Source: Nitrospinota bacterium
GTDB lineage: Bacteria > UBA8248
Assembly (NCBI GenBank): GCA_046581755.1
Contig: JAYGFR010000103.1
Location: 40,526 to 104,525, forward strand
Direction: 5' to 3'
Length of the DNA stretch: 64,000 bases
Below, piece after piece: positions 56,192 through 64,000 of this stretch (positions are counted from its first letter, which is position 1; each line of letters opens with the position of its first letter). Under the pieces are notes generated by a model. It was not told where the DNA came from. It was given only the letters and a program-made list of their open reading frames with translations, and did not search any database. The position numbers were made by a program, and so were the translations under genes.

Positions 56192-57058
56192 TCAGGAACC
56201 CCGGTGCTTGTCCGTATTGACCAGAAAAATCCCGGCCGCGACCAGGGCCGCGCCCCCCAGCATATAGGCCGTCAGCGGCTCGGCGAGGATCAGCCCGCTC
56301 AGGAACACCCCGAACACCGGGCACAAGAACATGAAAGCGCTCACCCGGCTGGGCGGGTAATTGGCGAGCAGTCGCACCCAGAGAACCATGACGATCCCGG
56401 TCCCCACCAGGCCGTTGTAGGCCACATTCACACTCACGAGGGGATTTGTGAAATCCGGGATGTGGATGCCCTGGATCGAGGCGAGGATGAGGAACATCAG
56501 AATGCCGACGAGCTGGGTCCAGGCGGTGATTCGGAACGGGTCGATCCCCTGAAGGTTGATCCTGAGGTAGATGGACTGCACCCCCCAGCAAAAAGCCCCG
56601 ATCAAGACGAGCCCGTCCCCGAGGAAGCTGTAGTTTCCGCCGCCCGTCAACTTCTCGCCGAAGAGTACGACGATTCCGCCGAAGGCGGCGGCGAAGCCCA
56701 GTATCGAGCGCGGGCCGAGGCGCTCCACCGGGATAAAATAGGCCGCCAGCGCCGTGTAGATCAGCGGCTGGGTATAGACGAAAACCGAGGTCCGCCCCGA
56801 AGTCGTCAGGGCGGCGCCGGGATAGACGAAGACGAACAAGAGGTTGTGCAGAATCGTGTTCACCCAGAAGGCGGGCCGGCCCCTGGGCGGCTTCCAGGGG
56901 GTACCCCGGTAGGCGATGATGGAGAAAATCAACGCGGCCGAGATCAGACTGCGGATCCAGATGAACGTGAACGGTTCGATGAGGCCCAGGCCCACCTTGA
57001 TCGACGGGAAGCTGAGCCCCCAAAGAAATGTGACCGCTCCGATGAGTACGTAAAACAT
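56192..57058 (-). CDS. DMT/EamA family transporter
   Basis: FLWGLSF, YTQP, ERLG, FLCPVFG, LAEPL. Confidence 0.87.
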   Translation of the reverse strand: MFYVLIGAVTFLWGLSFPSIKVGLGLIEPFTFIWIRSLISAALIFSIIAYRGTPWKPPRGRPAFWVNTILHNLLFVFVYPGAALTTSGRTSVFVYTQPLIYTALAAYFIPVERLGPRSILGFAAAFGGIVVLFGEKLTGGGNYSFLGDGLVLIGAFCWGVQSIYLRINLQGIDPFRITAWTQLVGILMFLILASIQGIHIPDFTNPLVSVNVAYNGLVGTGIVMVLWVRLLANYPPSRVSAFMFLCPVFGVFLSGLILAEPLTAYMLGGAALVAAGIFLVNTDKHRGS

Positions 57059-57109
57059 GAAGCCGAACCGCGCCCTTTCCGGAACCGTCTCGGACCGGCC
57101 CCGATCATT

Positions 57110-57820
57110 TTATGGATTGGTGGATGAGGGTCCCAGTTTATTTGCTGGAAGTTCGCTCGCCCGAAGAAGGCCGGCCAGCCGCAGGCTTTTCTCCAGGGAG
57201 CTATTTATGCCCACCCGCACCTTCTGTTCGAGCTTGTTGTGGCAGGCATCGCAACGCGGCTGCGCCGTTTTGGGGACGATGAACCGCTTCACCTTCTTCC
57301 CTCCGGCGCGGTGCCCGCTGTGGCACTGCACGCACGCAGAGGGGAGCGTAGCGTGATCGAGGATGGCGTGAAAGTCATCTCCCGAAAGTTTCAACAGGCG
57401 CTCCACCCCATGGCATTTGACGCAATCCTTGTCTTCGATGGGGTGAAACACGCGGGAGGGCTGCTTGTAGTCGCCGATGGCGAATTTCACCAGATCCTTC
57501 GTTGCCATGAACGTCGTCCGCGCCATGCCAACGATTCCCTCCTCGCCGTGGCAGGAAATGCACCCGGCTTTTCCGCTGGCCAGATGCCACCCGCCCAGCG
57601 TGCGGATCGCCTTTTTCGCGTGGGCGCCATCGTCCAGATAATCCTGATGGTCCTGGAGGTGGCATGAGGTGCAAAACGGGTTATAGGACTCGAGCTCCCG
57701 GATTCCGTACAATCCGCCGGTCCCCAGAGTGGAGGCCGCGATGGCGGCCAGGGGAACCGCAACCGCCCAATGAAGCCCGAAAAACCGCATTAAAATCTCC
57801 ATATCCTCGTGAAAAGCCAT
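57110..57820 (-). CDS. Membrane-anchored multiheme (5 CxxCH) cytochrome c, NapC/NirT-like
   Basis: N-terminal hydrophobic helix, then CTSCH, CISCH, CVKCH, CVQCH, CDACH; start between 57790 and 57820. Confidence 0.8.
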   Translation of the reverse strand: MAFHEDMEILMRFFGLHWAVAVPLAAIAASTLGTGGLYGIRELESYNPFCTSCHLQDHQDYLDDGAHAKKAIRTLGGWHLASGKAGCISCHGEEGIVGMARTTFMATKDLVKFAIGDYKQPSRVFHPIEDKDCVKCHGVERLLKLSGDDFHAILDHATLPSACVQCHSGHRAGGKKVKRFIVPKTAQPRCDACHNKLEQKVRVGINSSLEKSLRLAGLLRASELPANKLGPSSTNP

Positions 57821-57934
57821 GCTAGCACCCGTCCGGAGAGAGGGGAACCGATCCGGCGGGCGGAGCCCCTCGGCTTTCCCCGCCCGCGGGCCATTTGCTA
57901 GGATGAGGCCGCCTTGGATGAGGAGGAGAAAATC

Positions 57935-58297
57935 ATGGCCCGCACCCGCTTCGGCCCGCGCCGAAGGCCCGGAATCCGGCCCAAGCCCAAGAAGGCCGGC
58001 GAAAGCTCGGGTGAGAGCGCGAAAGAAATCGCCAATCGCCTGAAAAGTTCCGCGACCGTGGGCAATAACGCGGCCCCTTACCGCCGCCAATCCCTCGATA
58101 TTCACGGCTGGCTCTGCGCCAAATGCGGGATGGATTTTAATGAGAACAACCTCCATCTCTTGACCGTGCACCACAGGGACGGAAACCACCGAAACAATCC
58201 CCCCGACGGGAGCAACTGGGAAAACCTGTGCGTCCATTGCCACGACGACGAACACTCGCGCGACATGCTCGGCCGCTACCTCAGCGATGAAAGATAA
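57935..58297 (+). CDS. YajD-family HNH nuclease
   Basis: CAKC, LTVHHRDGNHRNNPPDGSNWENLCVHCHDDEH. Confidence 0.85.
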   Translation: MARTRFGPRRRPGIRPKPKKAGESSGESAKEIANRLKSSATVGNNAAPYRRQSLDIHGWLCAKCGMDFNENNLHLLTVHHRDGNHRNNPPDGSNWENLCVHCHDDEHSRDMLGRYLSDER

Positions 58298-58324
58298 CCG
58301 GGCGGAATCCCGGCGGGCTTTTCC

Positions 58325-59596
58325 ATGATCCTCCGCGTGCAGCCATCCTCCGCAAGGGGCCGGATCGGCGTCCCCGGCTCGAAGTCCCACGCCATCCGGG
58401 CGGTCGCGCTCGGCGCGCTCGCCTCGGGCGAAAGCCTCATCCGCAATCCCCTGGATTCGGACGACGGGCGCTCCGCCGCCGCCGTCTATACGGCGATGGG
58501 GGCGGAAATATCCAAAACCGAAGGCCTCTGGCGGGTGCGGGGCTTCGGCGGAAAACCCTCGCCGCCGGAGCGGGACATCGACGTGGGAAACTCGGGGACA
58601 TCCTGCCGGTTCGGGCTCGGCACCGCCGCCCTCCTGGCAAGGGGCGAGGCCCGCTTCGACGGCGACGCCCAGACCCGGCGGCGCCCGATGGGGCCCTTGC
58701 TCGGCGCGCTCGCGGGCCTGGGAGCGAAGGCCGTCTCGGAGAACGGCGACGGTCGCCTTCCCGCAAGGGTCTCGGGACTCTGGAGGGGGGGAACCGTCCG
58801 GGTGGACGGATCGACCAGCCAGTACACCTCCAGCCTCCTCCTCAACGCCCCCTTCGGGGAGGGAGAGACCGTCATCGAGCCAATCGATCTCAACGAGCGC
58901 CCCTATGTGGACATGACCCTTTGGTGGCTCGATAAACTGGAGCTCGCTTACGAGCGTGTGGGCTACGAGCGCTTTCGGATTCCGGGCGGCCAGTCGCTGG
59001 CCGGATTCGACATCGAGGTTCCGGCCGATTTCAGCTCGGCCGCGTTTCTGGTGGCCGCCGGGGCGCTTCCGGGCGGGGACGTTCTCCTCGAGGGGCTCGA
59101 CATGGACGATCCCCAGGGAGACAAGGCCATCCTCGCCATGGCGGCCGAGATGGGTGCGGAAGTTTCGGAAGAAAGGGAGGGCATCCGCGTCCGGAGCAAG
59201 GCCCTGCGGGGAAGCGAGTTCGACCTGAACCCGACACCGGACCTGCTTCCCGTGATGGCCGTCCTCGGGGCGTTCGCCGAGGGCGAAACCCGGCTCGTCA
59301 ACGTCCCCCAGGCGCGCATCAAGGAAACCGACCGCATCGCTGCCATGCGCGAGACGCTGGAGGCGCTGGGCGGCTCGGCCCGCGAGCTTCCGGACGGGCT
59401 CATCGTCCGGGGAGGAGGCCTGCGGGGCGGAAAGGTGCACGGCTGGGGCGATCACCGCATCGTCATGGCCGCCGCCGTCGCCGGGCTTGCCGCCCCGGAG
59501 GGTGTGGAGGTCGACACCGCCGAGGCAATGGCGGTAACCTTCCCGGACTTTTGCGTGCGCATGCGCTCGCTCGGCGCACGGATGGAGACAGAATAG
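58325..59596 (+). CDS. aroA: 3-phosphoshikimate 1-carboxyvinyltransferase
   Basis: VPGSKS, DVGNSGT, RRPM, SQYTSS, DFSSA, RIKETDRI, GDHRIVM, TFPDF. Confidence 0.95.
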   Translation: MILRVQPSSARGRIGVPGSKSHAIRAVALGALASGESLIRNPLDSDDGRSAAAVYTAMGAEISKTEGLWRVRGFGGKPSPPERDIDVGNSGTSCRFGLGTAALLARGEARFDGDAQTRRRPMGPLLGALAGLGAKAVSENGDGRLPARVSGLWRGGTVRVDGSTSQYTSSLLLNAPFGEGETVIEPIDLNERPYVDMTLWWLDKLELAYERVGYERFRIPGGQSLAGFDIEVPADFSSAAFLVAAGALPGGDVLLEGLDMDDPQGDKAILAMAAEMGAEVSEEREGIRVRSKALRGSEFDLNPTPDLLPVMAVLGAFAEGETRLVNVPQARIKETDRIAAMRETLEALGGSARELPDGLIVRGGGLRGGKVHGWGDHRIVMAAAVAGLAAPEGVEVDTAEAMAVTFPDFCVRMRSLGARMETE

Positions 59597-59929
59597 ATGC
59601 CGATTTACGAGTACGAGTGCAATGCCTGCGGATTCATCTCGGGTCATCTGGTGATGAAGCCCTCCGACCGCCGGAAGCTCGCCTGCCGAAGTTGCGGGGG
59701 AAAGAAACTGCGCAAGGTGATGTCGCGCTTCGCATCCCACAAGACCGAAGCCCAGCGCCTCGATGAGTTCAAACCCTCCGACGCGCGGAGCGATTCCTTC
59801 TACAAGGACGACCGCAACATCGGCCTCTGGGCCCAAAAGCGCGCCTCGCAATTGGGCCTCGACCTGGGCGAATCCTTCCAGGAGACGCTGGAAAAAGGCC
59901 GCTCGAAAAAAATCCTGGACAACCTCTAG
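59597..59929 (+). CDS. FmdB-family zinc ribbon protein
   Basis: MPIYEYECNAC...CRSCG...RKVMSRF. Confidence 0.85.
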   Translation: MPIYEYECNACGFISGHLVMKPSDRRKLACRSCGGKKLRKVMSRFASHKTEAQRLDEFKPSDARSDSFYKDDRNIGLWAQKRASQLGLDLGESFQETLEKGRSKKILDNL

Positions 59930-59935
59930 GCATCG

Positions 59936-60616
59936 ATGGACGGGTCCCCCTCGTTCAGCGAAAGTCTCCGCGATCTGGCGGAGCCCCTGTGGAAAACCAT
60001 CCACGCCCACCCTTTCGTCACCGGAATCGGGGACGGCTCCCTGCCCGAGGATCGCTTCCGCTTCTACATGCGGCAGGATTACCTGTTTCTCATCGAATAC
60101 AGCCGCGTCACCGCGCTGGCCGTGGCCAAGGCCCCGCACCTGGAAGACATGGGCCGGTTCGCAGACCTGCTCAACGCTACCCTGAACACCGAGATGGATC
60201 TCCACCGCGGCTTCGCGGCCAAGTTCGGAATTTCGGCCGAAGAGTTCGAAACCACCCGCCATGCCCCCGCCTGCCGCGCCTACACGGACTATCTTTTAAC
60301 CGTCGCCCACGCGGGCACCTTCGCCGAGGTGGCGGCGGCGATGCTCCCCTGCCAGTGGGACTACGCCCTGATCGGCGAGGAACTCAGCGCGCGTGGCGCG
60401 CCGGCAAACGCCCCGCTCTACGCCGAATGGATCGAAATGTACGCCTCGGTGGATTTCGCCCGGCTCGCCGCCTGGCTCCGGGGCATTCTCGACCGCGCGG
60501 CCGGGGAGACCGGACCGGCCGAGCGGGACCGGATGCGGGCACATTTCATGACCTGCACCCGTTACGAATACATGTTCTGGGAGATGTGCTGGCGGATGGA
60601 AGAGTGGCCCCTGTGA
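59936..60616 (+). CDS. tenA: Thiaminase II
   Basis: HPFV, YMRQDYLFL, catalytic LPCQWDY, YAEWIEMYAS, YEYMFW. Confidence 0.92.
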   Translation: MDGSPSFSESLRDLAEPLWKTIHAHPFVTGIGDGSLPEDRFRFYMRQDYLFLIEYSRVTALAVAKAPHLEDMGRFADLLNATLNTEMDLHRGFAAKFGISAEEFETTRHAPACRAYTDYLLTVAHAGTFAEVAAAMLPCQWDYALIGEELSARGAPANAPLYAEWIEMYASVDFARLAAWLRGILDRAAGETGPAERDRMRAHFMTCTRYEYMFWEMCWRMEEWPL

Positions 60617-60658
60617 TGCCCCGCCCCGGCAACACGCTTTCCCATCGGGCGGAATATC

Positions 60659-61210
60659 ATGACCCCTAAGTCCAAACCCGTCCCGGCCGCCCTCCCCCGC
60701 TGCGCATGGGCGGAGGGCGATCCGATCATGGAGCGTTACCACGACGAGGAATGGGGGGTTCCGGCCGTCAGCGACGCCGCGCACTTCGAGCGCCTCTCGC
60801 TCGAGGTGTTTCAGGCCGGCCTCTCCTGGCGGACCATCCTTCATAAGCGCGCGGCCTTCCGGAAGGGGTTCGCCCGCTTCTCCCCCCGGCGGGTGGCCGC
60901 CTTCACGGAGCGGGACATCCGCCGCCTTCTGGGCGATGCCGGAATCGTCCGCCACCGGGGGAAGATCGAGGCGACGATCGAAAACGCACGGCGACTCCTG
61001 GCCATATCCAAGGCCCACGGCGGGTTCGCCCGCTATCTCGGCTCGCTCCCCGGCGATTTGGAGGAGCTGAGGGGCATATTCCGGAAGGAATTTCGCTTCA
61101 TGGGCCCCAAAATCGCCGAGAGCTACTTCGAGAGCGTGGGAAAAATCCCGACCGTCCATGACCGGCGGTGCTGGAAAGCGAAACCGCCCGCCACGAAAAA
61201 GAGGACTTGA
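60659..61210 (+). CDS. tag: DNA-3-methyladenine glycosylase I
   Basis: RCAWA, YHDEEWG, LEVFQAGLSW.TILHKR, GIVRHRGKIEA, FRFMGP, HDRRC. Confidence 0.9.
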   Translation: MTPKSKPVPAALPRCAWAEGDPIMERYHDEEWGVPAVSDAAHFERLSLEVFQAGLSWRTILHKRAAFRKGFARFSPRRVAAFTERDIRRLLGDAGIVRHRGKIEATIENARRLLAISKAHGGFARYLGSLPGDLEELRGIFRKEFRFMGPKIAESYFESVGKIPTVHDRRCWKAKPPATKKRT

Positions 61211-61320
61211 GAGCTGGGCCCTCAAGCGATACCTTGTGGCTGCGGGTGTCCCTCCGCCCCTCTATCCTCCGCCGGGAGTTTTCGCGGCGGGCCACGGGCC
61301 GGCGAATGGGGGAAGGTTTT

Positions 61321-61596
61321 ATGTTTTTGTTGACTGAGTTTCGGGAATTCATGGGAGCGGCGGTTCCCGTCCTGGTGCAATTGGGCATCGTCTACCTGGT
61401 TCTGCGCTTCACCTTCGCCGTCTCGAATGTCCTCATCCGCCTCGCGGTGCTCAACATTCCGCCCAAGCCGGCCGAAGTGCCCGCCCCGGTTGCCGACAAA
61501 ATTAGCGATGCGGAATTCGCCGAGTTCGAGGAGGAAAGGGTGAATGGAGAGAATAAGGAACCGGCCGCGCTTCCGGAATCCACCGGGGGAAACTAG
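61321..61596 (+). CDS. Hypothetical single-pass membrane protein with an acidic tail
   Basis: Hydrophobic VPVLVQLGIVYLVLRFTF segment; fills the gap between genes. Confidence 0.5.
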   Translation: MFLLTEFREFMGAAVPVLVQLGIVYLVLRFTFAVSNVLIRLAVLNIPPKPAEVPAPVADKISDAEFAEFEEERVNGENKEPAALPESTGGN

Positions 61597-62171
61597 GGCG
61601 TTTTCGGGGCTCCGGGAAGAGCTTCCCTCGACCGGCGCAGGGCGGACTCGATTGCGTTCTTGACCAGTTCCGCCTGACCGTTCAAATCCAACGCATAGGC
61701 GCGCTGAACAAAATTTCCGGCCCGGCTGATGTAGGGCAGGGCCCGGTTGCCCTCGCGCTCCTCGGGAATCCAATTGGGGGCGAAACTCGAAACCGCGGCA
61801 TAGATCACGGCCAGGACGAACACGCCTTTCCCTACTCCGATGACCCCCCCGGCGAACCGGTTGAAAAGCCCTATCGATGATTTTCCGAGGAGGTGAAGCA
61901 GAAGCCTTCCCGCCAGGCTCACCCCCACCCAAACGAGTACAAAAACCACCGTCCGGGAGCCCGCCTTGGCCATCCACTCGCTGCCGAGCCAGACACCCAA
62001 GGCATTCTCCACCGTGGGCGCCAGGCGCGAGGTCGAAAGATAGGCCGAGAGGACGGCCACCAGGGAAATCACCTCTTTCAGGGCGCCCCGGAAAAAACTC
62101 CGGAGAAAATACGCCCCCAAAACGATCAGGACGACGCCATCGGCAACGGGAATATTTTTCATGGGGCTCAT
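61593..62171 (-). CDS. cvpA: CvpA family (colicin V production) membrane protein
   Basis: RSFFRGALKEVISL, FNRFAGGVIGVGKG. Confidence 0.85.
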   Translation of the reverse strand: MSPMKNIPVADGVVLIVLGAYFLRSFFRGALKEVISLVAVLSAYLSTSRLAPTVENALGVWLGSEWMAKAGSRTVVFVLVWVGVSLAGRLLLHLLGKSSIGLFNRFAGGVIGVGKGVFVLAVIYAAVSSFAPNWIPEEREGNRALPYISRAGNFVQRAYALDLNGQAELVKNAIESALRRSREALPGAPKTP

Positions 62172-62270
62172 GGTAAGAAATTCGCGGACAAAATGTCCAG
62201 CAACGATTCGGGCGGAGTGGATTCGGGCCACCCGGCCGGCCGCTCCGGGGAGGCCGGAAGCTCCTTTCCC

Positions 62271-62813
62271 CTAGAGGGAAGCCATCCACATCACCATGGC
62301 GTCCTCGCCGTTGTCCGGATAATACCCCTCCCGCATCGCCACCGAGGTGAATCCAAAGTTCTCGTAGAGGGCAATCGCCGCCGCGTTGCTCACGCGGACC
62401 TCAAGCGTCGCCTCCGTGGCGCCCCGCCGCCGGGCGTCATCGAGGATTCCCCATAGCAGGAAGCGTCCCACCCCCTTGCGCCGCGCCTCGGGGGCGACGG
62501 TGACGTTGGTGATGTGGCACTCCCCCTTCACCATCCACCAGCATCCGTAACCGAGGATGGCCGCCCTTCCGGCATCCTTTTTCTCCGCCGCCGACTCCAC
62601 GGCCAAAAGGCGCGAGAAGGGGATATCGTCCAACTCCCGCTCGAAGGCGGCCTCCGTCCAGGGCAGCGAGTACGAGAGCACCTCTATCGGCATCACAAAA
62701 GGAATGTCCTCTTTCCGCATGAGGCGCAGCCTGTAGGCTGCAGGGGCGCCCGCGCTCCCCTGTGGAGCGCCTTCGGGCATACTCCGCTCCCGCTCTTCCC
62801 TCCTCGCGCTCAC
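62271..62813 (-). CDS. rimI: Ribosomal protein S18-alanine N-acetyltransferase
   Basis: LPWT, HITNVTV.PEARRKGVG, TLEVRVSN.AAIALYE.FGF, REGYY..NGEDA. Confidence 0.9.
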   Translation of the reverse strand: MSARREERERSMPEGAPQGSAGAPAAYRLRLMRKEDIPFVMPIEVLSYSLPWTEAAFERELDDIPFSRLLAVESAAEKKDAGRAAILGYGCWWMVKGECHITNVTVAPEARRKGVGRFLLWGILDDARRRGATEATLEVRVSNAAAIALYENFGFTSVAMREGYYPDNGEDAMVMWMASL

Positions 62814-63012
62814 GGCTCCTCCCTCCCAGGTGGCCCGGTGGCCCGGCCCCGCCTTTTACTTCGGCCAAAGGGTGACTATAATCCCATTCTCATTCAGATT
62901 CACGCTTATGGACGCCGGCCGGGAAACGCTTTCCGGCCACAGGAGTGGGAGCGGCTTCGCGCGGGGCGGCTCTCGATTTTTTGAATTTTTCATCGAATCG
63001 CGGAGGACAATC

Positions 63013-63720
63013 ATGGGAGCCACGCTCACCCTTCTGGGACACTCGAGTTTCCTCGTAAAAACCGGCGGCGGAAAAACCATCTACATCGACCCATGGCTGG
63101 ATGGCCCGACATGTCCCGAGAGGTTCAAAACCCCGGAAAAGGCCAACCTCATTTGCGTCACGCACGGCCACTTCGACCACATCGCAAGCATTTTGCCCAT
63201 CTACGAGAACAGCCCATGCCCGGTGGCGGGGCCCTACGAACTCGTCAATCTGCTGGCCGATGATGGCAACCTTCCCGACGAGCACAAGGGCCTCATGGGC
63301 AAGGGGGGCACCGTCGCCTTCGGGGACGTAACCGTCACCCTCACCCACGCCATGCACAGCTCCAGCTACGTCGACTCCGGCACCTATGCCGGAGAGCCCG
63401 CTGGCCTAATTCTGACCCTCGAGGACGGAAAGCGCATCTACCACGCCGGGGACACAAACGTCTTCGGCGACATGGCGCTCATCGCCGAGCTCTACGCGCC
63501 CGACATCTGCCTGCTGCCCATCGGTAGCCGCTTCACCATGGACCCGATCGAGGCCGCCAAGGCCTGCGAGATTCTCCAGGCCAAGCACGTCGTGCCCATC
63601 CATCACTCCACCTTCCCGCCCCTGACGGGAACCCCCGCCCAGTTCCAGGAAGAGGTGAAAAAGCGGGGCCTTTCGACTCAAATCACCGTTCCCGAACCCG
63701 GCCAGGAGGTCGAGGTCTAG
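63013..63720 (+). CDS. Metal-dependent hydrolase, UPF0173 / MBL fold
   Basis: LGHSSF, IDPW, THGHFDH, AMHSS, YHAGDT, LPIG..FTM, PIHHSTFP. Confidence 0.9.
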   Translation: MGATLTLLGHSSFLVKTGGGKTIYIDPWLDGPTCPERFKTPEKANLICVTHGHFDHIASILPIYENSPCPVAGPYELVNLLADDGNLPDEHKGLMGKGGTVAFGDVTVTLTHAMHSSSYVDSGTYAGEPAGLILTLEDGKRIYHAGDTNVFGDMALIAELYAPDICLLPIGSRFTMDPIEAAKACEILQAKHVVPIHHSTFPPLTGTPAQFQEEVKKRGLSTQITVPEPGQEVEV

Positions 63721-64000
63721 GCGAGAGTTTTAGGCAGGTCTTCCCGCCGGTCCATTCCTGGCGGCTGGGGAAAGTTACGGCCGCATGGCCGGGGAGGAAA
63801 GCGAGGCCGGGGCGCAAAAGGCGGGCCGCCTCCGGATCGAAGGAGACATCGGGCTGGCTGACACCCTGCTCGGCGTTCTTTGCCGGCCTTTTTAAGCCGG
63901 ACCCGAAATGGGGGCATGTCCAGATTGGCGCCGGACTCTCGGCAGTTGCCGAACGGCCGTCCTCTCTTAAACGATTGCGCCTTGGCAGCGTCTCGGGCAC

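Noticed and set aside
57935..58297. HNH gene as a mobile homing endonuclease or defence gene
   Set aside because: Matches the small chromosomal YajD type and sits in a housekeeping run with aroA.
59880..59936. TPP riboswitch ahead of tenA
   Set aside because: Only 6 bp separate tenA from the upstream gene, and no TPP aptamer motif is visible.
57821..60262. N-terminal 800 aa of the 1050-aa ORF 57110-60262
   Set aside because: Antisense to the HNH gene, aroA and tenA; only the last ~236 codons (cytochrome) look real.
63721..64000. Possible structured RNA (GAGGAAAG, RNase P-like)
   Set aside because: Lacks the following UCC and other conserved helices; not supportable by eye.

Overview
A high-GC (roughly 65% by eye) bacterial chromosomal window, densely coding with about 55 CDS. 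I found no rRNA, tRNA, CRISPR array, transposase or integrase. It holds housekeeping genes (DAHP synthase, aroA, cca, pyrR, pdxA, tenA, tag, rimI, cvpA, comF) among many catabolic paralogues: three zeta-crystallin-like quinone reductases, three tandem MBL hydrolases, two acyl-CoA synthetases, a TAXI-TRAP transporter, a citrate synthase/aconitase/PrpF block, and a type III PKS with an MMPL exporter. The strongest candidate for an undescribed system is the tightly coupled operon at 3766-9735. There a CbbQ/NorQ-type MoxR AAA+ ATPase and a CobT/NorD-like VWA protein sit between the selenium-dependent molybdenum-hydroxylase maturation markers yqeB and yqeC, followed by xdhC. This suggests an ATP-driven chaperone for Se/Mo cofactor insertion. 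Also notable are two solitary defence-like genes (AbiJ-NTD4-like and ThsB-like TIR), a phage-repressor-like regulator lacking its cleavage residues, a divergent aconitase, an orphan pentahaem cytochrome, several intergenic 15-18 bp degenerate tandem repeats and four interrupted genes (three at homopolymers, possibly assembly errors). All family calls rest on motif recognition by eye; no searches were run.
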